The notes: a model not told the origin generated them from the letters alone. A stretch of 64,000 nt of DNA from Candidatus Dojkabacteria bacterium (GCA_016182915.1 JACPFP010000003.1:315685-379684); one strand, 5' to 3'. Counted from the first letter of the stretch, positions 10,153 through 20,652 are shown. A program made the numbers and translations.

Positions 10153-11046
10153 TTAGTCTAAAAGTTGGATTCTACTCGAAACCGCTTGTGCTTTTGATTC
10201 TAGTCCAAGTGATTTGTATATATTTCGGGCCTCAATTAACATTTCCTTTGCTCTACCATTAATCTTTTTCTTCGTAAGTTGTTCACTCAGCGGTAACAAA
10301 ACTTCCGCAATGTCTCTTTTCCAGTTTTCATTTCTGGAAACACGAAGAGCCTGTTCTAATACGTCAATTGCGGCATCGTTTTTTCCTTGTAGTTTTAGTA
10401 GGTTTGCCTGACGTAGAAGAATCTGAGGAACTGCAATTTTGTATCTAATTTTTGCTTCTTTCTCTATCTTCCTTAAATACAATTCCGCCTTTCCATACGA
10501 ACCTCTCGCAATATGAACATTTGCAATATCTGAAGAGATTGTAATTATTCTATTAATAAATTTTGATTTTTTGGCAAACCTAATTCCTAATTTGTATGCC
10601 ACCAAAGCTTCTTCATATAGTACCATTGTAAAATATATATTTCCTAAAACTGCATATATATTGGCTTTGACCTCATCGACATTATCTTTTCTTTTATAAC
10701 GAATTAATTCTTTTGCAAGCAAGGCCTGCTTAAGTGATTCACTCAATCTATTTTGTTGAAGCAAAATAAAGGCTTTAGATCGAAGGATATCTGCATAAGA
10801 GATTGCTTTAGATTTATTTCGTGCCGTTATTAAAAGTTGTTCGAGTAAACCAAAAGCTTTTTCATAACTTATGCTATCTCTATATAAAGCCGAAAGTTTA
10901 ATTCCTACAAGATAGTAATCGTCTGAGTCCGCATTTAGCTTACCAAGAGTATTTTCTAGAACCTTAATTGCTTGAATCTGATCTCCTTTTCGATCGCGGA
11001 GGTCATCAGCATAACTTATGGCTTTTTGTATTTCAGATTTATTCAT
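10153..11046 (-). CDS. Tetratricopeptide-repeat protein
   Basis: Repeated helical motifs (LGNIYF...YEEAL, IANVHIARGSYGKAE, LQGKNDAAIDVLEQAL). Confidence 0.8.
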   Translation of the reverse strand: MNKSEIQKAISYADDLRDRKGDQIQAIKVLENTLGKLNADSDDYYLVGIKLSALYRDSISYEKAFGLLEQLLITARNKSKAISYADILRSKAFILLQQNRLSESLKQALLAKELIRYKRKDNVDEVKANIYAVLGNIYFTMVLYEEALVAYKLGIRFAKKSKFINRIITISSDIANVHIARGSYGKAELYLRKIEKEAKIRYKIAVPQILLRQANLLKLQGKNDAAIDVLEQALRVSRNENWKRDIAEVLLPLSEQLTKKKINGRAKEMLIEARNIYKSLGLESKAQAVSSRIQLLD

Positions 11047-11064
11047 TCATTACCATTACTAAAA

Positions 11065-11138
11065 TCGGGGTGACTCGACTTGAACGAGCGGCCTCTTGCA
11101 CCCCATGCAAGCGTTCTAGCCATCTGAACTACACCCCG
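11065..11138 (-). tRNA. tRNA-Pro(GGG), CCA not encoded
   Basis: CGGGGTGTAGTTCAGATGGCTAGAACGCTTGCATGGGGTGCAAGAGGCCGCTCGTTCAAGTCGAGTCACCCCGA; cloverleaf, anticodon GGG. Confidence 0.95.
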
Positions 11139-11277
11139 TGCTTGTAATTCTAAAATAGTTAGAAAAGAATATCAAACAAAAATATACACACCCTATTATA
11201 TGGGGAGTCCGAAAACCAAAGTAGTTTGTTGTCCTACTTTCTCTTACTTATCTCCTAAAGCAATCATTAGGCGGTCT

Positions 11278-12363
11278 CTAAAGTTTAATTTCAATTATTA
11301 TTTGGTTGGGGTTAGTACTACCGTATAGTTTGAAGTCTTTGGTTGCCCCATCGAAGGTGTACTTGCTCGCATTGGTACCATCCATTTCCCATATCATAGT
11401 TACTCCTCCAGACATTGTCAACGCTGCCGGCATCTTTGCAATTGCGTCAGATACAATATCCGTAAATCGCAATACTAGATTGTTGTCACCATCATATCCT
11501 GCCGTAGCCGAAGGGATTGGTTTCTCCGTACTACCTTTAACCTCAAATACAACTCTTAATACTCCACCAGATGAACTGTATGAATATGAAGACACCTTAG
11601 CTCCATCTGTTCTTGTCGCTCCGACTATACTTTGAACCGTCTTGGAGAACTCATCACTCCCTAAATCTACTGTAGTATCTGAATCTGAGGCTCCTGGATA
11701 TTTAACATCAAGCTTAATTGACCATGTTCCAGTCGTAGTGGATGTAGAAGTAAGAAGAAATGGGGTCTCTTTTGTAACTCCTACATCGTATAACTCCTCT
11801 GTCTGATCTGCACTTACATTGTGATATACCTTAACTACCCCTTCCTTGTTTATCATCAAACTTTTCTGATACCCGATACCACTGTTGTCGGTCGTAACTC
11901 CCTTGAAATCGACTCTGATTGCTCCCAATGAGGAAACATATGTAGAGGTAACATAGGGATTAGGACTACCAGAGGATTTTTCAACAAGGGTAAAAACAAA
12001 GCTATGGTAACCAACATTAGCGGTATTAGTTAAACTTGAAAGTGTATACTGGGATGTATCGGTACTGTCGCTAACTCCAACATTCTGAGCTGTGGTTTTG
12101 AAGTTTGAGAGATCTGTAACAACAGGAGTGTCTGTGTCCGTATCGGTATTATCTTCTGTCTCTTCCTCCTCAACGGGTAGTTCCTCTTCATCGTTTGAAG
12201 TATCGGTATCTGTACCCTGCTCTGTATCATTCTCTTTCTTCCCAGCGTCATCCTGTTTACTTACATATGAGTATGCAAGATACCCAATCAAAGCTAAAAG
12301 TATGAAAAGAAAGACATAAAGAAGTGATGAAGACTTCTTTGGTTCTCTAATGCGTGGTTCCAT
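11278..12363 (-). CDS. Membrane-anchored surface protein with two tandem AMIN-like beta domains
   Basis: N-terminal TM, acidic/Thr linker, internal duplication (FKTTAQNVG...FVFTL vs FSKTVQSIVG...VVFEV). Confidence 0.55.
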   Translation of the reverse strand: MEPRIREPKKSSSLLYVFLFILLALIGYLAYSYVSKQDDAGKKENDTEQGTDTDTSNDEEELPVEEEETEDNTDTDTDTPVVTDLSNFKTTAQNVGVSDSTDTSQYTLSSLTNTANVGYHSFVFTLVEKSSGSPNPYVTSTYVSSLGAIRVDFKGVTTDNSGIGYQKSLMINKEGVVKVYHNVSADQTEELYDVGVTKETPFLLTSTSTTTGTWSIKLDVKYPGASDSDTTVDLGSDEFSKTVQSIVGATRTDGAKVSSYSYSSSGGVLRVVFEVKGSTEKPIPSATAGYDGDNNLVLRFTDIVSDAIAKMPAALTMSGGVTMIWEMDGTNASKYTFDGATKDFKLYGSTNPNQIIIEIKL

Positions 12364-12421
12364 TAGATAAATATACCAACTTATTATTTCAGTCTACCAT
12401 ATATATTGACTCTGTGATAGT

Positions 12422-13804
12422 ATGAAATATATGAGTACAGGAAAGACAAAAGTAATCACCATGCAAGAAGGAAAAACGGAGATCAAGGATAGGAATATTG
12501 ATCCGGTTATTGTACCTAGAAAAGAGTCCGTAACATCTAAGGGAATTCAATTTTCAAATCAAGTGAAGTCGGATCCTACCTCGGTTACCCCAACAGTAAC
12601 AAACACACCTACTGATACAGCTAAAAGTACAAAACCCAAAGTCGAGTTAAAACCCTGGCAGAAGATAAGCCTCTCAATACTAATCTCTGCAATCCTATTA
12701 GGAGCAGTCTCTGTCTCAATGTACTTCTATATATTTACAAAACCAATCTCCCCTTTCCAAATTGTAAACATTAAGGAGAGCTACCTTGAGATTGATAATC
12801 AGATATATGGGTGGAATGAGAAGGTAAAGGATATTACCAACACCCTTGCAATACCAAACCTCCCAAGAACCGAGGTAAACCCACTTAATGGAGTCCTCTA
12901 CACAAAAACAGAGATGGATGCATTGAAAAAGAATCGACCTGTAGCGGTAATGATAAACAACCATGTACAAGCAAGACCACAATCTGGATTAAATAAGGCA
13001 GATATTGTATATGAGGCAGTTGCAGAATCTGGAATTTCAAGGTATATGGCAATATTCTGGAGTATTGGTCCAAGTAAGATTGGACCTGTAAGAAGTGCCC
13101 GACAGTACTACTTAGAGTGGCTGAGCCCATATGACCCCCTATATATTCACGATGGTTGTGCCTCTACAGACGATCCACGAACAAACGCTTGCGGGAATAT
13201 ATACTCATACGGTATTAAAGACCTACGAACATATGGATACTGGAGAAGTAGCGATCGCTTTGCCCCACATAATGAGTATAACTCTATAGTAACGGCTTGG
13301 GATTACGCAATTAAAAATGGTTGGGGTGGATTTCCAAATATAGATTCTCTGATGTTCAAGCGAGATGCCGAGCCACAAGACAGAGGGGTAAGAACCAAGG
13401 TTAACATTAAACATAGACAGGATATTCCTAATGCAGGACTGTATGACAGCGAGTGGACCTACGATACGAAAACCAACCAATATCTTCATAAAATTGGAGG
13501 GCAGGCCGACCTTGATTTAGAAACAGGAACCCAGGTAAATGCCAAAGTAGTAGTCATCATGGAGGTAGATCTACAAAATGCAAACGACGGACATGCAAGA
13601 GTAATAATCACAACTATTGGAGAAGGTAAGGCAGTAATACTTCAGGATGGAAAGATTGTAACAGGGAAATGGAAGAAGACATCACGAACTGAAAGGGAAA
13701 GATTCTACGACAGTAGCGGAAAAGAGCTTTCTCTTAATAGAGGAAGGTTATGGATTACGGCAGTTCCAAAAAGTCAGGGAAAATTTGATATAATAGAACA
13801 ATAA
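12422..13804 (+). CDS. DUF3048 (YerB-like) membrane-anchored protein
   Basis: RPVAVMINN..ARPQSGL..ADIVYE, IGPVRSAR, RFAPHN. Confidence 0.9.
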   Translation: MKYMSTGKTKVITMQEGKTEIKDRNIDPVIVPRKESVTSKGIQFSNQVKSDPTSVTPTVTNTPTDTAKSTKPKVELKPWQKISLSILISAILLGAVSVSMYFYIFTKPISPFQIVNIKESYLEIDNQIYGWNEKVKDITNTLAIPNLPRTEVNPLNGVLYTKTEMDALKKNRPVAVMINNHVQARPQSGLNKADIVYEAVAESGISRYMAIFWSIGPSKIGPVRSARQYYLEWLSPYDPLYIHDGCASTDDPRTNACGNIYSYGIKDLRTYGYWRSSDRFAPHNEYNSIVTAWDYAIKNGWGGFPNIDSLMFKRDAEPQDRGVRTKVNIKHRQDIPNAGLYDSEWTYDTKTNQYLHKIGGQADLDLETGTQVNAKVVVIMEVDLQNANDGHARVIITTIGEGKAVILQDGKIVTGKWKKTSRTERERFYDSSGKELSLNRGRLWITAVPKSQGKFDIIEQ

Positions 13805-13821
13805 GTTAAGCTATAGGCAAT

Positions 13822-14397
13822 GTGCTTAAAAATCTCTTTATATCTAAAGTCAGAATAAAAGTCCTTGAACAATTTCTATTCAACCCGCACGAGGAGTATC
13901 ACGTAAGAGGCCTTGTCCGAATTATGGATGAGGAGATTAATGCAATTAGAAGAGAACTTCTTAATCTTAAGGAGGCAGGAATCCTAAAATCAGAAAACAA
14001 AGGAAACAAAGTTGTCTATACAGTCAATCCAAAGTGCCCTATTCTTCCAGAGTTAGTATCAATGCTATATAAAGACTCTGAGTTCGGACAGAATCTCTAT
14101 AGAATTGGTACGAAGGTATTTAATGCGGAAATGATAATTGTTTCGAAACCATTCCTAGAGGGAAAGTATGAAAACAATCTTGATGTTGATGTCCTCTTTA
14201 TAGGTGATATTGATGTCAGGAAACTCACACAGGAGATGAAGGATCTTGAAAAAATCGTGAATCGGGAGATAAGGTACAGTGTAATAACTCTTAAAGATTT
14301 TGAATTCGCCAAAAAGAAAAGGGAACCATTCTTAATGAACATACTAGAAAGGGAAAAAATATTGATGCTTGGCAGTGAGAAGGCCTTAGCTGTATAA
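13822..14397 (+). CDS. Winged-HTH protein with C-terminal nucleotidyltransferase-like domain
   Basis: LFISKVRIKVL, YHVRGLVR..EEINAIRREL HTH; DVDVLFIGD. Confidence 0.75.
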   Translation: MLKNLFISKVRIKVLEQFLFNPHEEYHVRGLVRIMDEEINAIRRELLNLKEAGILKSENKGNKVVYTVNPKCPILPELVSMLYKDSEFGQNLYRIGTKVFNAEMIIVSKPFLEGKYENNLDVDVLFIGDIDVRKLTQEMKDLEKIVNREIRYSVITLKDFEFAKKKREPFLMNILEREKILMLGSEKALAV

Positions 14398-15653
14398 TGA
14401 ACCTCATGAAAATCAAACTACCAAAATTCAAACTATTCCTTAGAATCATCCTTGCCGCATTTATAACCTCACTATTAATATCAACAATATTGATTGCACT
14501 TCCCCAGACAGAAAAGATCTACAGTAAGATCAGATACGATATTACAATTGCTCCAAAGATATGGAAAAAAGAGTATAGACTTGAGATGAGTATAAAACCG
14601 AAAGATAGAAATAAGCGCGAGAAGAAAGTTGCAGAAACAAAAGCAATACTTGAAAAGAGGTTAAGAAAGTACGGAGTTCAAGAGATTCACTTTAAAGATA
14701 TTAAGTCGGAAGAGAGAGATACTGCAGTAGTTCTTGTAACTATTGAATCTGATAAAGATCAAACCTCAGTTGAGAATATATTAACTCAGAGATACTACCT
14801 TAGATTTGTCCTCAGAAAAGAGGGTGTGAACTTTGAAGATGAGAAAAACCAATTCGCACTTTATGATATAAATAACTATACCTTCACCCCATATACCCTA
14901 CACGATTTCCGAAGTGTATACATTACGAAACTAAAGTCTACCTCAGGGGAAAAATCATACTTCTCTATATATAAGCCATGGGAGTATAAAGCACCCGAAT
15001 TTTATAAATACTTCGACAAATATGCAGGACAGTATGCAGGACTTGCTATTGATGGATTTGTATCCCCTATTATTGTTCCTGTAACGGCAGCAAATTCATC
15101 GAGAGGGGTGACATCAAGAAATCCTTTTGCGCTAGGGGTAAATGGAGATGGGAACGATATCAAGCTACTGAATATACTAAACAATACAGGGGTAATTCCT
15201 CTTAGCTATGCGCAAACGAGTAGCAAAGACCTTAAAACCTCCACATTTACGGTTGATTATATTAAAGCCGCTATTCTGCTCTCAGTCTTAACATTAACAG
15301 TTCTTATTCTAAACAATGTACTCACAAAGAGAGGTACCTTTATAGATGGGCTTTCATATTTCATAACGGCCACAACAGTTGTTGCTGGATTAAAATTATT
15401 TGCCATACCTGTACAACCAATTATAATTATCTATGTAGGGATACTCCTCACCTTCTTGGTTCCCCTATTCCTGAATTCTCGTGCGATCACCATTGCCATG
15501 GCTACAATAGGACTTCTCCTTAGTTACATTGGAATGGGATATATTAGAGATGCTGGGATACTACTTTTCGTTGTACTTACTGTTTACCTTGGAATTAAAG
15601 AGACTGTTACCTACCTATTTAGATTATTTAACCAGATTGCCTCAAATGACTAA
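14397..15653 (+). CDS. Divergent SecD-like membrane protein
   Basis: TM1, then ETKAILEKRLRKYGVQE (SecD P1 head pattern), LAIDG..SP, five C-terminal TMs. Confidence 0.55.
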   Translation: MNLMKIKLPKFKLFLRIILAAFITSLLISTILIALPQTEKIYSKIRYDITIAPKIWKKEYRLEMSIKPKDRNKREKKVAETKAILEKRLRKYGVQEIHFKDIKSEERDTAVVLVTIESDKDQTSVENILTQRYYLRFVLRKEGVNFEDEKNQFALYDINNYTFTPYTLHDFRSVYITKLKSTSGEKSYFSIYKPWEYKAPEFYKYFDKYAGQYAGLAIDGFVSPIIVPVTAANSSRGVTSRNPFALGVNGDGNDIKLLNILNNTGVIPLSYAQTSSKDLKTSTFTVDYIKAAILLSVLTLTVLILNNVLTKRGTFIDGLSYFITATTVVAGLKLFAIPVQPIIIIYVGILLTFLVPLFLNSRAITIAMATIGLLLSYIGMGYIRDAGILLFVVLTVYLGIKETVTYLFRLFNQIASND

Positions 15654-16143
15654 CCTTTTTATATACTACTCAATTTACGAATTCATAATGATTACATTGC
15701 TTACACTAGGTATCATTGCGGTATTAGTCATTTATAACTCATACTATCTTAAGAGGAGAACTGGAATATACCTCCTTCTAACTCTCCTTCCCCCTGTTAT
15801 ATTTAGCTCCATATTCTATATCTTTGGCAAGACCCTCAAGGTAGATCCCTCAGGTTTAAACACCATTTCAATAACATGGATACCGATATTATTTGTCGCA
15901 ACACAGAATCTATACTACATAACAAAGCTTACAAGAGAGAAAAAGAATATTGAAAAATTAGAGTTCAATTTTATAGTGGAAATTAGAAGAAAAACCCTTT
16001 ATACAGTATTACTTCTCCTTTTGGTTGCAGTTTCCACTTTCGCACTGCTTCCTTTGAAGTTTTCAATACCAGTTGCAATTGGGTGGCTTAATATTGCAAT
16101 CTCTTCGATTATAAACACCACAATCATTATTAGAAAGATATAA
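15646..16143 (+). CDS. Divergent, truncated SecF-like membrane protein
   Basis: Overlaps SecD-like stop; five hydrophobic segments; RRKTLYT...FSIPVAIGW..AISSI resembles SecF TM5-6. Confidence 0.4.
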   Translation: MTNLFIYYSIYEFIMITLLTLGIIAVLVIYNSYYLKRRTGIYLLLTLLPPVIFSSIFYIFGKTLKVDPSGLNTISITWIPILFVATQNLYYITKLTREKKNIEKLEFNFIVEIRRKTLYTVLLLLLVAVSTFALLPLKFSIPVAIGWLNIAISSIINTTIIIRKI

Positions 16144-16144
16144 G

Positions 16145-17029
16145 ATGAAGCCAATAATTGTAATCTCAGGGCCAACCGCAAGCGGGAAATCTGATATTGC
16201 AATTGATATTGCAAAAAGGATTAATGGATATATTATCAATGCGGATTCAAGACAGATTTATAAAGAGGTTCCAATATCCACTGCTCAACCACTTCCAGAG
16301 AAACGAAATAAAGACGGTGGCATATTAGTAGATGGAGTTCTTCACTATCTATACGGTTTCATAGACCTAAATAACCACTATAATATCTATAAGTATAATA
16401 AGGATGTTAAAAGAGTTATAGAGTTAAACCCCGATATGACTCCAATATTAGTTGGCGGTACAGGACTTTATATAGACAGCTATATATATAACTATCAACT
16501 TACAGAAAATCCTACCTCTTCATTCTCCCGTGAATACCTTAATTCACTTTCGATACAAGAGTTAAAAGCTATACTCGGGGATAAGCTTCAGATGCTAAAC
16601 GAGAGCGACCAAAACAACCCTGTCCGAATTATACGTAAGATTGAAAGTTCCTCGAAGGCTCCGACAAAAGGAGAGCGAAGAAATTTCGTTTACCTATATT
16701 TGGATATTGAGATTGAGGAACTTGAGAAGAGAATTAAAGAAAGGATAGAAAAGATGTTGGATAACGGACTTGAAAAGGAAGCCCAAAGTATACTTAAACA
16801 AACCTCAGATAAAGAGAATATCCTTCCAAAGATAATTGGTATTACAGAGTTCTCCCCTTATTTTAAAAACGAGAATACACTTGAAGAAGTTAAGAAGGAT
16901 ATATACACGCATACGAGACAGTATGCTAAAAGGCAGATTACATGGTTCAAAAGAAATAAAGATATAATTAGGATTAAGGGATTAAAAGATGCCTTACGAA
17001 AGGTTAAAGGTCTTAACAATCCTATTTGA
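16145..17029 (+). CDS. miaA: tRNA dimethylallyltransferase
   Basis: GPTASGKS, INADSRQIY, VGGTGLY, TRQYAKRQITWF. Confidence 0.97.
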   Translation: MKPIIVISGPTASGKSDIAIDIAKRINGYIINADSRQIYKEVPISTAQPLPEKRNKDGGILVDGVLHYLYGFIDLNNHYNIYKYNKDVKRVIELNPDMTPILVGGTGLYIDSYIYNYQLTENPTSSFSREYLNSLSIQELKAILGDKLQMLNESDQNNPVRIIRKIESSSKAPTKGERRNFVYLYLDIEIEELEKRIKERIEKMLDNGLEKEAQSILKQTSDKENILPKIIGITEFSPYFKNENTLEEVKKDIYTHTRQYAKRQITWFKRNKDIIRIKGLKDALRKVKGLNNPI

Positions 17030-17557
17030 TCCATCATCCATAGACTCTAAAAGATGAAATTGTGTAGGATTGAACTTTATATCCTTCACATTAAGCACCT
17101 CATTCATGTTCCTCACATCAACGAGAATATTTCTGTATTCCTCACTCGATAGATCCTTGTTAATCCTTCCAAGTGTGACATGAGGTATGAATAGTGAAGA
17201 CTCTTTTGTCCTAATTATTCCCCTTAAAGAGTAGAGCATATTTCTAATTTCATCCCCCCCATCAAGTACGCTCAAGTATATAAGCTCCTTGTAGCTTCGG
17301 GAAATACCCACATTTGCCTTCTCAAAACTTACTTGAAACTTTGGAAAGCTCATCTTACTTAGTTTATATACGAGAAGGAACTGCTTGAAAAAGTTTAGTT
17401 TCTCTCCAAGGTATAGAACAGTAATATGGTAGTTCTCGGGTTTAACCCAACGCACAGATACATCCTGACCATCAAAAACTCGACCTAGCTCTCCGACGGC
17501 TTTCCTTATCTGATAGTTACTCTTCTGTTCAGGAATAAACCCGAGAAAGTATCCCAT
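16994..17557 (-). CDS. thpR: RNA 2',3'-cyclic phosphodiesterase (2H family)
   Basis: RWVKPENYHITV and FIPHVTLGR two-HxT motifs. Confidence 0.85.
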   Translation of the reverse strand: MGYFLGFIPEQKSNYQIRKAVGELGRVFDGQDVSVRWVKPENYHITVLYLGEKLNFFKQFLLVYKLSKMSFPKFQVSFEKANVGISRSYKELIYLSVLDGGDEIRNMLYSLRGIIRTKESSLFIPHVTLGRINKDLSSEEYRNILVDVRNMNEVLNVKDIKFNPTQFHLLESMDDGSNRIVKTFNLS

Positions 17558-17590
17558 ATATAACTAGTATTAAATTACATTCGTAATTAA

Positions 17591-18859
17591 CTACTTATTC
17601 TTTATAATTTTCCTCCCAAGAATTGGTTGAAGTACCTCAGGAATATTTAAACTTCCATCTTTGTTTTGAAATGTTTCAAGAATGGCTACCATAAGTCTAC
17701 TTGTCGCTAAACCTGATGCGTTTAACATATGTACATACTTATTCTCTCCCTCGCCAGTCTTGTACTTAATATTTCCTCTTCTTGCTTGATAATCTCTTAC
17801 ATTAGAGATGGAACTCACCTCATAGTATGTTTCAAGGAATGGCATCCAGACCTCAACATCGTATGTTTTAGCTGCTCCTGCCGCACAGTCGTCTGCAGCT
17901 AGTTGTGTAACTCTATAATGAAGACCTAGACCTTCAACAAGTCTAGTTGCTTTATTTAGCAGTTCTTCTAATGCGGCTTCTGATTGTTCAGGGGTTGTAT
18001 ATTGGAACATCTCAACCTTATTAAACTGATGCATTCTTAGAAGTCCTCTTTCATTTGTTCTATATCCACCGGCCTCTCTTCTATAACATGGAGTATACGC
18101 AAAGAGCTTTATTGGAAGTTTTTCCTCCTCTAATAGTTCATCTCTAAAAAGGTTCGCAAGAGCAGTCTCTGCTGTTGGAAGCAACATGTTTCCATCGCTA
18201 ACCCAGTATACATCCTCCTTAAACTTTGGAAGCTGTCCTGCGGTATACCCAGACTGCTCGGTTAGAAGGTGTGGAGGCATAATCATCTGATATCCATCTT
18301 TAATATGTTCTCCTATGAAGTAGTTAATAAGCGCCCATTCAAGCTGTGCTCCTATACCTCTATACATAACATTGTTTGATCCAGCAATCTTAGTTGCTCG
18401 ATCCATATCAATCATCCCTAGTCCTTCCCCAACTTCAAGGTGATCCTTAATCTTAAAATCAAAGATTGGCTTCTCACCAATCTCTCTAAGAACCCTGTTA
18501 TTTTCCTTTCCACCTCCAACAACATCATCATCGGGGATATTAGGTAATACTTCTAATTTTTCCTGTAACTCTTCATCTGCCTCCCTAACCTCTTCCTCTG
18601 CCTCCTTCACTTTACCTGAAAGGTCCTTAAGATCTTCTATAAGCTCTTTAAACTCCTTACTACCTTTTTCAACCTTTGCCATCTTCTCGTTGAACCCTTT
18701 CTGCTTTGCTCTAAGGGTTTCATACTCCTGTTGTTTCTCTTTCTTCTCTTTGTATTTTTCTATAATTTCATCTAAATCTAGATCATCTTTCTTCATTCTC
18801 TTAAGCAGAGCCTGTTCTACTTCCTTCTTATTTTCTACAATTCTTTTAATATCTAACAT
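17591..18859 (-). CDS. serS: Serine--tRNA ligase
   Basis: MLDIK, LPTAE, CYRREAG, RMHQFNKVE, HMLNASGLA. Confidence 0.98.
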   Translation of the reverse strand: MLDIKRIVENKKEVEQALLKRMKKDDLDLDEIIEKYKEKKEKQQEYETLRAKQKGFNEKMAKVEKGSKEFKELIEDLKDLSGKVKEAEEEVREADEELQEKLEVLPNIPDDDVVGGGKENNRVLREIGEKPIFDFKIKDHLEVGEGLGMIDMDRATKIAGSNNVMYRGIGAQLEWALINYFIGEHIKDGYQMIMPPHLLTEQSGYTAGQLPKFKEDVYWVSDGNMLLPTAETALANLFRDELLEEEKLPIKLFAYTPCYRREAGGYRTNERGLLRMHQFNKVEMFQYTTPEQSEAALEELLNKATRLVEGLGLHYRVTQLAADDCAAGAAKTYDVEVWMPFLETYYEVSSISNVRDYQARRGNIKYKTGEGENKYVHMLNASGLATSRLMVAILETFQNKDGSLNIPEVLQPILGRKIIKNK

Positions 18860-19024
18860 TCTAACTTTTTCTTTTAATTTAACTTGAAATGAATTTTGTT
18901 TATATGATTAATTGGTCTGTGGTTACAGACCTGAAGAGAACTGTGATTTTATATTTAAATCTACACGAGTCATTGGTAGATTATATAGCAAAATTCAGCT
19001 TATGGGTATATAATTTCGCATATT

Positions 19025-19555
19025 ATGGCATTACCAGGGGGAAACCCGACAGCTACAATTAATGTTGCTCCAGAGATTAGGACTGAAACCAGTCCTTTCA
19101 TGGATACGGACTTGTTTTTTAACATATTAAATGAACTTGAAGAGGGAAATTGTTCTGTAATACCCGCAACACTTGTTAGTATGCACGAAAATTCTATGAA
19201 AACCGTAGTTGGAGAAGAACACGCACACACCTCCGAGCGTTTAGATCCACACCGTTCACCCGTTGGATATATGCTATTAGAGATATTCAGGGAATTCAAA
19301 AGTGAATGCATTGCTTATTGGGGAACTTCACCATGGATAGTTACAGATAGCAAAGATTTTGAAGTTTTATCCTCTTCTATCTTATCAGAAAGTGAATTTA
19401 TGGCGGCATGCATATACTTACGAGCTAAACACAGTCAGAATACGGTGACACAAGAAAATGGGATTAGAGCTTCAAAAATTATGAATGCGGTTGAGAGACT
19501 AAGAGAGCTTGGTTATCTACAATCCCCTGTAGTTGAGAAGGGGTCTGTAAATTAG
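19025..19555 (+). CDS. Hypothetical protein
   Basis: 176-aa ORF with upstream TATAAT; no recognised motif. Confidence 0.55.
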   Translation: MALPGGNPTATINVAPEIRTETSPFMDTDLFFNILNELEEGNCSVIPATLVSMHENSMKTVVGEEHAHTSERLDPHRSPVGYMLLEIFREFKSECIAYWGTSPWIVTDSKDFEVLSSSILSESEFMAACIYLRAKHSQNTVTQENGIRASKIMNAVERLRELGYLQSPVVEKGSVN

Positions 19556-19559
19556 CCCC

Positions 19560-20114
19560 CTACTTCAGTCCTAAATCTCCCTTTATCTCTTTCATAGCAT
19601 CAAGAACTAGTTGTATATGTTCATCGATATCCACATTTAACTCCATAGCGCCGTTAAAGATATCTTCCCTAACTACTCCTCTTGCGAAGGCCTTGTCCTT
19701 AAATCTCTTCTTGATTGATTTGAGTTCTACAGCTGAGAGTTGTTCAGGTCTAACAAGAGCAACCGCAACTATAAAGCCTGTGAGTTCGTCTGAGGCAAAT
19801 AGGGCTCTTGCCATATTGTCTTTTCTTGTACTTGAGTCATCTCTATGGGCATGTCCTTTTATAGCATCAATCATATCTTCTGTAACACCTTCCTTTCTCA
19901 AAATTTCATATCCCCATTCGGATGGGTGTTCACTTCCCATTTTCTCATAATCAAAGTCGTGTAGCAGACCAAGGGCTCCCCACTTCTCGACATCTTCATT
20001 ATACTTTTTTGCATATGCTCTCATTGCAGCTTCAACCGCAAGCATATGTTTTACTAAATTCTGATTCTTTGTATATTCGTTTACGAGTTCTAATGCTCTT
20101 TCTCTTGTAATCAT
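19560..20114 (-). CDS. HD-superfamily (HDIG) hydrolase
   Basis: KHMLAVEAAM, GLLHDFDYE, ASDELTGFI, FKDKAFARGV. Confidence 0.9.
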   Translation of the reverse strand: MITRERALELVNEYTKNQNLVKHMLAVEAAMRAYAKKYNEDVEKWGALGLLHDFDYEKMGSEHPSEWGYEILRKEGVTEDMIDAIKGHAHRDDSSTRKDNMARALFASDELTGFIVAVALVRPEQLSAVELKSIKKRFKDKAFARGVVREDIFNGAMELNVDIDEHIQLVLDAMKEIKGDLGLK

Positions 20115-20166
20115 AATTAATAATATTGAAGTTAACTAGTATTGATTATATCACTTATATATAGAT

Positions 20167-20628
20167 TTACTTTTCATTTTTCAATAACAGATTGAAATCA
20201 AGAGAAGGTTTGTAATCAGAAATCCATGACCTTCTATCCCTTTTCTCAATCCACACAGGATTTGGTAACTTAACAACTTTTTCCAATCCAAATACAGTTA
20301 TATATCGGTTATGTCTGGTCTTTTGAAACATTCTAACTGCATGATCTTCACTTTCTAGTCCGACCTGTTCCCATATATCCAGAAGTATCTCTAATAAATC
20401 CTCTTTGCCTACCTCTATTTCATAGTACTCAACCCACTCTATTTTACCTACCCCGACAATAGGGCCTGAGGACTCTTTTATAAGGAAGGTATCTCCTGCT
20501 TTCATTTTATGAAATGGTGGAAGTCTTCGGGTTGAGAGTTTAATATCTACAGTCTTTTTTCCATTTATCATTAATCCAATATAGTCTCTTCCTCTATCTT
20601 TTCGATATATTCCTAACTGATATGACAT
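20167..20628 (-). CDS. ASCH/PUA-like domain protein
   Basis: INGKKTVDIK.....PPF..MKAGD.FLIKESSGPIVG pattern. Confidence 0.7.
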   Translation of the reverse strand: MSYQLGIYRKDRGRDYIGLMINGKKTVDIKLSTRRLPPFHKMKAGDTFLIKESSGPIVGVGKIEWVEYYEIEVGKEDLLEILLDIWEQVGLESEDHAVRMFQKTRHNRYITVFGLEKVVKLPNPVWIEKRDRRSWISDYKPSLDFNLLLKNEK

Positions 20629-20652
20629 TAGAAAGTTAACCTCTAAATTAGT

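Noticed and set aside
10153-11138. Integrated element at the tRNA-Pro 3' end (TPR gene directly downstream)
   Set aside because: No integrase and no duplicated tRNA 3' end seen
11140-11277. Short hairpins between tRNA-Pro and the surface-protein gene
   Set aside because: Weak stems with no recognisable RNA family motif
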